The position numbers and the translations under genes are program-made. Shown here in pieces: positions 1 through 9,035 of a DNA stretch of 35,498 nt. Under the pieces are notes generated by a model, which was not told the origin of the DNA, searched no databases, and was given only the letters and a program-made list of their open reading frames with translations. This stretch comes from a virus (Duplodnaviria > Caudoviricetes): positions 1 through 35,498 of the IMG/VR virus record IMGVR_UViG_3300025018_000330. The stretch is one strand, 5' to 3'. How positions within the stretch are numbered: the first letter of the stretch is position 1; each line of letters opens with the position of its first letter.

Positions 1-12
1 TGAAAGTACAAA
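1..12 (+). repeat. Terminal overlap TGAAAGTACAAA, identical to 35487-35498 (circularity signature)
   Basis: Exact 12-nt match between the two ends; joining them gives an in-frame ATG at 35486 for the ORF ending at 449. Confidence 0.85.
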
Positions 13-41
13 CCGAAAAATGTCCGCACTGCGGAGCCGCC

Positions 42-449
42 ATGAACAAATACTGGCACAAATTGACCCCAGGGTTAGTAAAAACTCTCATTGAGGTCTA
101 TAAGCACGTATCCGCCTCCGGCGAGAACAAGGTGAGCAAAAAAGAGCTAAAATTAAACCACAGCCAATACGGCAACTTCCAAAAACTACGCTTCCACGCC
201 CTGATCGCCAAATACAAGGTCAACGGAGAGTGGCACAAAGGCGAATGGCTGATCACACAACGCGGAGCCGACTTCCTCAAATGCACAATCCAAATCCCTG
301 AAAAAGTCCAAACATTTAGAAACCGAGTCGAAGACCACTCACCGGAACTGGTGACCGTAGCCGACGTGATGAGATCAGATCCATACTGGCAAACTGACTT
401 CAAAACAGACACGGATATCTTCGCTCCCAAACAAGTCTCACTCCTATGA
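42..449 (+). CDS. Hypothetical protein, possibly winged-helix; true start probably ATG 35486 across the circular junction (adds MKVQTEKCPHCGAA)
   Basis: ORF track; frame open back to position 3; WLITQRGADFL resembles a wing/ITxxG motif; CxxC in the extension. Confidence 0.75.
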   Translation: MNKYWHKLTPGLVKTLIEVYKHVSASGENKVSKKELKLNHSQYGNFQKLRFHALIAKYKVNGEWHKGEWLITQRGADFLKCTIQIPEKVQTFRNRVEDHSPELVTVADVMRSDPYWQTDFKTDTDIFAPKQVSLL

Positions 450-1033
450 AATACATACTGCCCATAATTTTGATTAGCATTTTAGTATCAAACTATGTCA
501 AACCAATACACATCAAAAAGGTTTCAGTTGACTATAAGGGCTACGAACAAGCCACAGATACTCCCGACATTAAAGGTGCAGAAACAGAGCCACCGGCCGA
601 AGACATCGAAAAAGCTCCTGATTTCAAGTATCCAAGGACTTTACAACTCGATCGTTTTACTATTAGTCTGGCAGATGAGAAGACATCGAATATACAGATG
701 GCTAAGAAATATGCGAAAGAGTTTGGGATTAACCCCGAAACCTTACTATGCACCCTCAATATGGAGTCAGGAGTCGAGGGTTTTGAGAGGGATTTCAGAG
801 GAGAGATTACGACAAAGACAAAGTGCGGAGACAATGGCGTATCCTGCGGCATTGGCCAAATCCAACTCAGAACATGGAAGTCAATCAGAAAGAACGCCGG
901 ATGGAGCCAAGAAGACCTCCGAGATAACCAAGAAGAGAACATAAAGACCACCGCCTATGGCATGGCCAACGGATGGGCGTATCATTGGACAGGATACCGG
1001 AATTGCGAGAAATTAGGATACAAAGTAAAATAA
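446..1033 (+). CDS. Membrane-anchored or secreted lytic transglycosylase (SLT/lysozyme-like) protein
   Basis: Hydrophobic N-terminus; NMESG catalytic-Glu motif, GIGQI motif, later helix ENIKTTAY; ATGA overlap with upstream gene. Confidence 0.7.
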   Translation: MKYILPIILISILVSNYVKPIHIKKVSVDYKGYEQATDTPDIKGAETEPPAEDIEKAPDFKYPRTLQLDRFTISLADEKTSNIQMAKKYAKEFGINPETLLCTLNMESGVEGFERDFRGEITTKTKCGDNGVSCGIGQIQLRTWKSIRKNAGWSQEDLRDNQEENIKTTAYGMANGWAYHWTGYRNCEKLGYKVK

Positions 1034-1059
1034 CAAAAGCATTAACAATCAAAGCAAAA

Positions 1060-3166
<2,107 letters not shown>

Positions 3167-3334
3167 ATGGACTGGTTCAAACTAAAAGAAAACAAATGCC
3201 CAAAGTGCGGAAAAGACATCACCAAGGGGATGATCATCGATACGGCATCACAACAGGCGGTAACCACGGCACTTTTGATCAGTTTGGCGAGTATTATTCT
3301 CGGAATCATCGGAATAATCATCAACTTTGTGTAG
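3167..3334 (+). CDS. Small protein (55 aa) with CPKC zinc-knuckle and C-terminal transmembrane helix; not in ORF track
   Basis: Manual translation MDWFKLKENKCPKCGKDITKGMIIDTASQQAVTTALLISLASIILGIIGIIINFV; ATG directly follows upstream TAA. Confidence 0.65.
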   Translation: MDWFKLKENKCPKCGKDITKGMIIDTASQQAVTTALLISLASIILGIIGIIINFV

Positions 3335-3391
3335 CCTAGCGCAAAGTTACATAAACGAGAGGCGTAAAAGTATTATATAATTAAATAAGAT

Positions 3392-3652
3392 ATGAAAACC
3401 AAGGCACAAATAATCGAACAAGTGATCGAAGATGCAATCAAAGTAACTGTAGAAGACGAGGCACAAATGATCATGATCCGCCGGACACTTCTGAAGCTGA
3501 TCGATCCCAAACAAGAAGAGCTGAGAGGTAAACTTCAAGAGGAAATAATCAAGTCCCAAGTCCGACTGGAACAGCAAAAACAAGGCATTGAAGTATTAAA
3601 GGAGATGTTGCAAAAGGAAAACTCATCTCATAATACTGAAATAGTCAAATAA
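3392..3652 (+). CDS. Hypothetical coiled-coil protein
   Basis: ORF track; E/Q/K-rich heptads; TATAAT at 3376-3381 upstream. Confidence 0.7.
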   Translation: MKTKAQIIEQVIEDAIKVTVEDEAQMIMIRRTLLKLIDPKQEELRGKLQEEIIKSQVRLEQQKQGIEVLKEMLQKENSSHNTEIVK

Positions 3653-3710
3653 TCTCAGGCATAAAGGCGACCAAAATCCCGAGATTTGTAAAAACAAGCA
3701 CATAACCTAT

Positions 3711-3947
3711 ATGATACTGCTCGAAATACCACCATACGGAAAAACCTACGACCTAACCTATCCGGCGGCAAGAGAGACACTGTACACCGATTTAGAAGTT
3801 GATGGCTTTTTTAAGACAGAATGGGGAAAGCCTTTTGAGGGAACCCTGACCAAACCGGTGACAACACAAAAAGAAGTAAACGACTTTCTGACTGCCGTCC
3901 TAGATTTTATTAAACTCAAATACGGAAAATCAAATGTGGTGGATTAG
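3711..3947 (+). CDS. Hypothetical protein
   Basis: ORF track; fills gap in + strand operon. Confidence 0.65.
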   Translation: MILLEIPPYGKTYDLTYPAARETLYTDLEVDGFFKTEWGKPFEGTLTKPVTTQKEVNDFLTAVLDFIKLKYGKSNVVD

Positions 3948-4503
3948 TAAAAAGAAGAAACGATGCAAATGCGACTGTCACTACAAACCGGTCAACGGTG
4001 TCGTAATTGAAGAGCCAAAGCATTGTAAACTGTGCAGTCCTCATACCAAGATAGGAAGAGCGTTGAGACAGACCGGCCAGAGCGAGAGATCAAAGGTGAT
4101 GAGAGAAATTGACGATGTGGTAAGCCTGATTGTCCGTATAAAGGCCGACTGGACATGCAAGAAGTGCCATAGGAGATATGAGCCAGAGATGACCGCCAAA
4201 GGCGTTCCAGGACAAAAGCTGATGACGGCAAGCCACTATTTCAGCAGAGGAGACATTGCCGGACGGTGGGACTTTGACAACCTAGATGCAATTGACATAT
4301 TTTGCCATCAAAAGATAGAGAACCACAAAACCGAAACGGTCGAGGGATTCAACTACGAGCAATACATGATCGAAAAACTCGGCACGGCCAAGTTTGAGAG
4401 ACTAAGATTGATGTGTACCCAGAGTCCCAAATACAACACGGCCGAACTCGGACTACTCCTGATGGATTATAAAAAACAACTCAACACACTATGCAAGAAG
4501 TAA
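3934..4503 (+). CDS. ninG: NinG/Rap-like recombination endonuclease (HNH-like, Zn-binding)
   Basis: DDVVSLIVR...CKKC...ASHYFSRG...RWDFDNL...CHQ...YMIEKLG pattern typical of NinG. Confidence 0.7.
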   Translation: MWWISKKKKRCKCDCHYKPVNGVVIEEPKHCKLCSPHTKIGRALRQTGQSERSKVMREIDDVVSLIVRIKADWTCKKCHRRYEPEMTAKGVPGQKLMTASHYFSRGDIAGRWDFDNLDAIDIFCHQKIENHKTETVEGFNYEQYMIEKLGTAKFERLRLMCTQSPKYNTAELGLLLMDYKKQLNTLCKK

Positions 4504-5786
4504 CAGAGAGACATTTACTCGAACTCACACCGTACCCAGTTAATCCCCGATCGATCACCAAAGACAAGTTTGAAGACCTGAAAAACAAAATCAAACGATG
4601 GGGTCAACTCGGCGCACTCCTGATTGATGGCAGAGACAACCGGACAATCCTCGGAGGCAACCACGCATTTGAAGCCATGAAAGAACTGGGTATGACTACG
4701 GCAAAAGTGGAGTACCGGACACCAAAAGACGATGCAGAGGCACTAGAACTGGTCATAGTCCATAACGAACGATTCGCCTCATGGGTAGAGCAAGACCTAG
4801 CCAAATTACTGCACCAGTACAAAGACAACATCGACCTGAGTAAATACTCGATAGACCTAGGGAAATCAACCGATGCCAACAAAATCCTAGCCCGATACGG
4901 TGAAACTGACGAAGACGAAGCCCCAGGACTCGGCGAGGGAGACTCCATCAGCAAGACCGGAGAAGTATACCAACTCGGAAGACACCGCCTGATGTGTGGG
5001 GATTCTACCAACCCAGAGGACATGGCAAAGCTCATGAACGGCGAGAAAGCATCGGTAGTCGTCACCGATCCACCATACGGTGTAAGTTACGAGGGCAACC
5101 CAAACGGTGAGGACTGGGACATGATCGCCAATGACGACCTGAGAGGCGAAGCACTAAACAAATTTCTGCTTGCCTCATTCGAAAATATTTCCGAGAACAG
5201 CATTCCGAACTGTCCGGCGTATGTTTTCTACGCATCCAGTACACACATCGAGTTCCAACAAGCCCTCGAGGCGGCAGGATGGCGTGTAAGACAGCAGATC
5301 ATATGGGCAAAGCACATGGTGATAGGCAACTCCGACTACCATTGGACACACGAACCAGTCCTCTACTGTGCCAAAGGAAAAGAGAGGCCTCCATTTTACG
5401 GAGATAGGACAAACCGGACAGTGATCGACACGGTCGGGTATCAAGAACTCCAGCGACTTACCAAAGAGGCCTTGCTGGGCATTCTGATGAGCATCAAGAG
5501 TTGTAGTACCCTCCAAAACGTCCAGAAAGATACCCAACACTACGTCCACCCAACCCAAAAACCAGTCGGAATTATGACCCCATTTATAAAGAACTCCAGC
5601 GACTTGAATCAGATCGTCCTCGATGCGTTTGCAGGGTCAGGATCGACCTTAATTGCCGCTCACCAACTCGACAGAATAGCCTACTGCATGGAGTTCTCCG
5701 GACTATTTTGTGACGTAATCAGAAGACGTTACGCCAAGTTTATCGGTGAAGAAACCAGATGGGAGGAGGTCACCCCAGCAGTATGA
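4491..5786 (+). CDS. ParB-N domain fused to N6-A/N4-C DNA methyltransferase (beta class)
   Basis: YPVNPR...ILGGNH ParB-N; GRHRLMCGDST; TDPPY catalytic motif; HPTQKP; DAFAGSGST SAM motif. Confidence 0.92.
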   Translation: MQEVTERHLLELTPYPVNPRSITKDKFEDLKNKIKRWGQLGALLIDGRDNRTILGGNHAFEAMKELGMTTAKVEYRTPKDDAEALELVIVHNERFASWVEQDLAKLLHQYKDNIDLSKYSIDLGKSTDANKILARYGETDEDEAPGLGEGDSISKTGEVYQLGRHRLMCGDSTNPEDMAKLMNGEKASVVVTDPPYGVSYEGNPNGEDWDMIANDDLRGEALNKFLLASFENISENSIPNCPAYVFYASSTHIEFQQALEAAGWRVRQQIIWAKHMVIGNSDYHWTHEPVLYCAKGKERPPFYGDRTNRTVIDTVGYQELQRLTKEALLGILMSIKSCSTLQNVQKDTQHYVHPTQKPVGIMTPFIKNSSDLNQIVLDAFAGSGSTLIAAHQLDRIAYCMEFSGLFCDVIRRRYAKFIGEETRWEEVTPAV

Positions 5787-6046
5787 ACCGGAAGACAGAC
5801 AATACTTACGAAGCCGCGTTCTACATGATGTTCGGTGCCGTTGTGGAAAACGTGAGGACAAGTAGGCTAAACAACGCCCAAGCGCACAAAAAGATGTTCC
5901 GGAATATGTGGATAATTGAACTATCAAACGTGCCGGAAGAAAAGATACGAGAGTGGGGATTCGGGACGGCAACGGCCAATGTGAGGGACTACGAGAGCGC
6001 AAGGAAGAAGTTGAAGAAACTGATTGTAAAGAGGCTGTACTCTTGA
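5783..6046 (+). CDS. DUF5659-like hypothetical protein
   Basis: TDNTYEAAFYMMFG...ATANVRDYESARKKLK resembles the DUF5659 pattern; start at ATG 5783 overlapping the MTase stop. Confidence 0.55.
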   Translation: MNRKTDNTYEAAFYMMFGAVVENVRTSRLNNAQAHKKMFRNMWIIELSNVPEEKIREWGFGTATANVRDYESARKKLKKLIVKRLYS

Positions 6047-6070
6047 CAAAACCTTATATAATTATATAAT
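6043..6070 (+). promoter_or_regulatory. Sigma70 promoter TTGACA-16-TATAAT
   Basis: Both hexamers are consensus; immediately upstream of a small RHH gene. Confidence 0.8.
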
Positions 6071-6079
6071 CAAAAGCAA

Positions 6080-6250
6080 ATGACCAAAGCAAAAATGGAC
6101 GCATTACTTCAAGAAAAAAAGGTGATAACAACCGTGTACATAAGTGAGCTGGTAAAACTGAGAGCCGATAGATTTGCCGCCAATAAACTCATGAAAAAGG
6201 GAGAGCTTCAAGAGAAAGCCCTCATCGAATACATGAACAACCACCAATGA
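6080..6250 (+). CDS. Small ribbon-helix-helix (Arc/CopG-like) regulator; alternative start 6095; not in ORF track
   Basis: Manual translation ...MDALLQEKKVITTVYISELVKLRADRFAANKLMKKGELQEKALIEYMNNHQ, a strand-helix-helix pattern. Confidence 0.65.
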   Translation: MTKAKMDALLQEKKVITTVYISELVKLRADRFAANKLMKKGELQEKALIEYMNNHQ

Positions 6251-6399
6251 CAAAAATAGTATTCGGCACACTCCTACTCGCTCCGATCGCATACGAACTA
6301 GGGAGGGCAACTGTGATGAGAAAAGTAGGATGGCCGGAATACACCGGAGCAATATCCATAATTTTAGTAGGCATGTGGTTTTTAACATTCAAAAAATAA
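6247..6399 (+). CDS. Small two-TM membrane protein (50 aa); not in ORF track
   Basis: Manual translation MTKIVFGTLLLAPIAYELGRATVMRKVGWPEYTGAISIILVGMWFLTFKK; ATGA-coupled upstream, ends just before next ATG. Confidence 0.65.
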   Translation: MTKIVFGTLLLAPIAYELGRATVMRKVGWPEYTGAISIILVGMWFLTFKK

Positions 6400-6400
6400 A

Positions 6401-6865
6401 ATGGAAGACAAGCCAATACTCCAAGAAGAAACGAAGAAAGTCTTGGTAGAAAACGGCAAGTTTGATTCTGAAATGAGTGTGCTGACTGAAATAACAAACC
6501 TCGAGGGGATGATATTCGGACTAGACAAAGAGATTGCCAACCAAAAAGACTGGAAGAACCAAGCGTACAAAGAACGCGACCGGCTAGTGGCACTCCTATC
6601 AAAAATATACCCAGCGCACCTTTGTAGACACGATGAAGCGGACACTGAATGGGAAAATGACTGGCGATGGATCGTCTGCTTACACACACCGGCCGGACAA
6701 GCTACGTGGCACATAAGCGACCAGGAACTCATCATGTTCAATCACCTACCCAGACTCGCAAACCACTGGGACGGACATAGTACGGCAGAAAAATACGTGA
6801 GATTAGGTTCAATCAAACCCAGACGGGTCACTCTCAAACTTCTCAAAAAACAAATAGGCATTTGA
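6401..6865 (+). CDS. WDGH-motif phage protein
   Basis: AYKERDRLVALL...TPAGQATWH...WDGHSTAEKYVRL signature. Confidence 0.7.
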   Translation: MEDKPILQEETKKVLVENGKFDSEMSVLTEITNLEGMIFGLDKEIANQKDWKNQAYKERDRLVALLSKIYPAHLCRHDEADTEWENDWRWIVCLHTPAGQATWHISDQELIMFNHLPRLANHWDGHSTAEKYVRLGSIKPRRVTLKLLKKQIGI

Positions 6866-6891
6866 CGACCACTTGAAAACAGTTGTATGAT
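6862..6891 (+). promoter_or_regulatory. Sigma70 promoter TTGACG-18-TATGAT, 8 nt before ATG 6900
   Basis: Hexamer matches in the intergenic gap. Confidence 0.55.
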
Positions 6892-6899
6892 ATTCTCAT

Positions 6900-7604
6900 A
6901 TGGAATTAAATCGATCTTACATAGTACCGCAAACACTCGAATTCAATTTCCCAGGTGCAGTCAAAGCTACAGCAATCTTAACCGGAACAGGTGCTTTAAC
7001 TGACGGTGATACCGTTACAATCGGAGAAACAGTATACACTTTCAAGACCACCCTCACTACAGTCCCTGCGGCCGTACCATTTGAAGTTTTGATCGGAGCC
7101 AACCTAGCCGCTTCCCTTGACAACCTGAAAGTCGCCATCACCGCTGGAGCCGGAGAGGGAACTGCCTATGGTACTGGAACTACCGCTCACCCAGACGTAA
7201 CCGCCACAACCAACACAGACACCGCCCAGACTATCGAAGCTAAGGTTGCTAATGCCGCCGGAAATGACATCGTCACCACAGAAGTATCGACCAAACTATC
7301 ATGGGGAGGAGCCACAATGAGTGGAGGTGCCGGAGTCCTAACATTGACGTTGCCTGTAGGTGACAATGGTGGAATCTGCAACAAAATGATCACAATCACC
7401 CCAGCAGTCGCCGGAGCCGTACTAACCGCCGACATTGAAATCCTAGACGAAGATGACAGACAAATTATTCTCGTAAATGACCAGGCAGAGTCGGCAGTAG
7501 CCGCAACAGCCGTAGGTTTCATAATCGCGCCAACTGATACCATCAAGGTGACCTACTCCGCCATACCAGGAGCAGACTCACAGATCGCTGTCCTCTTGAG
7601 GTAA
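6900..7604 (+). CDS. Putative virion structural or decoration protein (T/A/G-rich, beta-rich)
   Basis: DGDTVTIGETVYTF...EVLIGA...ASLDNLKVAI motif resembles insertion domains of phage structural proteins. Confidence 0.55.
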   Translation: MELNRSYIVPQTLEFNFPGAVKATAILTGTGALTDGDTVTIGETVYTFKTTLTTVPAAVPFEVLIGANLAASLDNLKVAITAGAGEGTAYGTGTTAHPDVTATTNTDTAQTIEAKVANAAGNDIVTTEVSTKLSWGGATMSGGAGVLTLTLPVGDNGGICNKMITITPAVAGAVLTADIEILDEDDRQIILVNDQAESAVAATAVGFIIAPTDTIKVTYSAIPGADSQIAVLLR

Positions 7605-7646
7605 CTGATTGGAAGTTAATAACTATAGCTCCGAAATGGAACACCT

Positions 7647-8114
7647 ATGGTCGAAGATGCACAAATCGTTGAAGTACAACCCCAAAATGTAGAGATTGAT
7701 AAGATCAAATTTAGAGAAACACTAAAATTCAAAAGGTGGACAAAACTTTTTTTGTCAAAAATGATTGATGACAAGGTAAATCCTCTGTACGGTAACGCCA
7801 CCAAATGCGCCCTGGCGGTCTATGGAACTAAAAGCTACATGACTGCCGCCGGAATAGGATCGATAAACTACAAGAAGCTCCGGAGCATGAAAGAGTACAT
7901 CCTGGACAATGAGGGATACGGTATCGCTGATCTCATGAAAATCGGTCTGGCCAAGGTATTGAAAGGAAACTACCAGGACTGGGAAAGCTTCATGATCCAG
8001 ATGGGATACATGCAACCACAACCCAAGGTGGGCGTAGCAATACAAAACAACTTCAACATGGCAGATTTGCAGACCGCAGTCGCTCAATCACGCAAAGAAA
8101 GAGGGTTGCAATAA
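7647..8114 (+). CDS. terS: Terminase small subunit
   Basis: YGNATKCALAVY...TAAGIGSINYKK resembles the TerS GNATQAA...TA..IG.ENL HTH; IQNNFN tail; upstream of TerL. Confidence 0.7.
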   Translation: MVEDAQIVEVQPQNVEIDKIKFRETLKFKRWTKLFLSKMIDDKVNPLYGNATKCALAVYGTKSYMTAAGIGSINYKKLRSMKEYILDNEGYGIADLMKIGLAKVLKGNYQDWESFMIQMGYMQPQPKVGVAIQNNFNMADLQTAVAQSRKERGLQ

Positions 8115-8144
8115 TTAAATAATAGGTGATAATTAAATAAGAAT

Positions 8145-8408
8145 ATGCCGAAAAAAACTGTAAAGAATATCAACGAGAACGCCGCACTTGCGATGACTGA
8201 TTTGACCCTTGCATTGGTACAGACAAGACAACAGTTGGAAAGAATGAGAGACATCACCCAAAAAGGAACCGGAGCCAGAGAAATATCCATAGCCCTGATG
8301 AAAGTAGAAGAGGCCGAAATGTGGCTAGGCAGATCCGTGACAACTTTGATAATCTTAAAAGACAACCAAGATGGTCGGTCGGTATCTAACGGAACTCATA
8401 AGCCGTAA
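8145..8408 (+). CDS. Acb2/Tad1-like helical hairpin protein (candidate immune-signal sponge)
   Basis: REISIALMKVEEAEMWL matches the RExsxAxTKLEEAxxW hairpin of Tad1/Acb2-related proteins. Confidence 0.55.
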   Translation: MPKKTVKNINENAALAMTDLTLALVQTRQQLERMRDITQKGTGAREISIALMKVEEAEMWLGRSVTTLIILKDNQDGRSVSNGTHKP

Positions 8409-8434
8409 ACAAGGTTCGACTCCTTGATCTTGGA
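8366..8434 (+). tRNA. Degenerate tRNA-Met(CAU)-like element
   Basis: Acceptor CCAAGAT/ATCTTGG; T-arm CAAGG-TTCGACT-CCTTG; CTCATAA inside a 10-nt loop closed by ACGG/CCGT; weak D-arm. Confidence 0.55.
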
Positions 8435-8437
8435 ACT

Positions 8438-8514
8438 GGGGGGATCGCACAAGGGTAGTGCAAGTGGTTACTAATGGCCACTCAAGGTTGCAGGTTCGAG
8501 TCCTGCTCCCTCCA
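8438..8514 (+). tRNA. tRNA-like RNA with non-canonical anticodon arm (identity undetermined)
   Basis: Acceptor GGGGGGA/TCCCTCC; D-stem GCAC/GTGC; T-arm GCAGG-TTCGAGT-CCTGC; anticodon stem AGTGG/CCACT encloses 10 nt. Confidence 0.75.
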
Positions 8515-8516
8515 CC

Positions 8517-8568
8517 GGAATGGCTTGGTCAATGGAGCGAGTGATCGTCTACCCTGGGCAAGCCGTCC
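8517..8568 (+). ncRNA. Long imperfect hairpin between tRNA-like elements, capped by GUGA (GNRA) tetraloop
   Basis: GGAATGGCTTG/CAAGCCGTCC outer stem; GCGA-GTGA-TCGT apical stem-loop. Confidence 0.45.
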
Positions 8569-8570
8569 TT

Positions 8571-8649
8571 GGGTAGGTAGCTCAGTGGGTCAGAGCATTG
8601 AACGAGCAATGGCGTTCAAAGGTCACTGGTTCGATCCCAGTCCCACCCA
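8571..8649 (+). tRNA. tRNA-like RNA with non-canonical anticodon arm (identity undetermined)
   Basis: Acceptor GGGTAGG/CCCACCC with one mismatch; TA-GCTC...GAGC D-arm; T-arm ACTGG-TTCGATC-CCAGT; stem TTGAA/TTCAA encloses 12 nt. Confidence 0.78.
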
Positions 8650-8651
8650 TT

Positions 8652-9035
8652 ATGTCGTACGAGGGAGAAAAACATTACTGTGCCAAATGTAAACGCCAAC
8701 ACCGAGAGTGGGGGTGGATTAAACATAACGAAAAGTTCTATTGCCGGAAGTATATGTGGTGCGCCGGATGCCAGAAGATACATGAAGCGACCCCATACGC
8801 CAGGACAATGACCAATCCAGAGACAAAAGAAACAGAGTGGTACTGCCAGAAATGGGCAAGGCCAAAGATTGCGACACCGGAAGAGAGAGCCAAGGATATG
8901 TCGCCGGAGGAAGTAATGAGTGGCGTTCACATGGGCATGGATAGAGTAAAAGCGATGGGAACCGACTCCGAGGACTACCACGTAGAACAAGCAAGGCAAA
9001 AAGAGTTCATCGATGAAGCCTTGGAAAGCATATGA
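8652..9035 (+). CDS. Hypothetical protein with two CxxC-x3-H...YCxK zinc-finger-like repeats
   Basis: CAKCKRQH...YCRK and CAGCQKIH...YCQK; start moved to ATG 8652, just after the last tRNA-like element. Confidence 0.7.
   Translation: MSYEGEKHYCAKCKRQHREWGWIKHNEKFYCRKYMWCAGCQKIHEATPYARTMTNPETKETEWYCQKWARPKIATPEERAKDMSPEEVMSGVHMGMDRVKAMGTDSEDYHVEQARQKEFIDEALESI

Noticed and set aside
1-12. Biological terminal repeat or att site
   Set aside because: The overlap falls inside a start codon and gene and no integrase is present, so an assembly circularisation overlap is more likely
8468-8477. CTA in the loop of tRNA-like element 2 as an amber suppressor, implying a recoded genome
   Set aside because: Loop geometry is non-canonical, and all large genes are intact in the standard code with TAA, TAG and TGA used as stops
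8474-8692. 72-aa ORF, and the 8598 upstream start of the next ORF
   Set aside because: Both overlap well-formed tRNA-like structures; ATG 8652 is the better start
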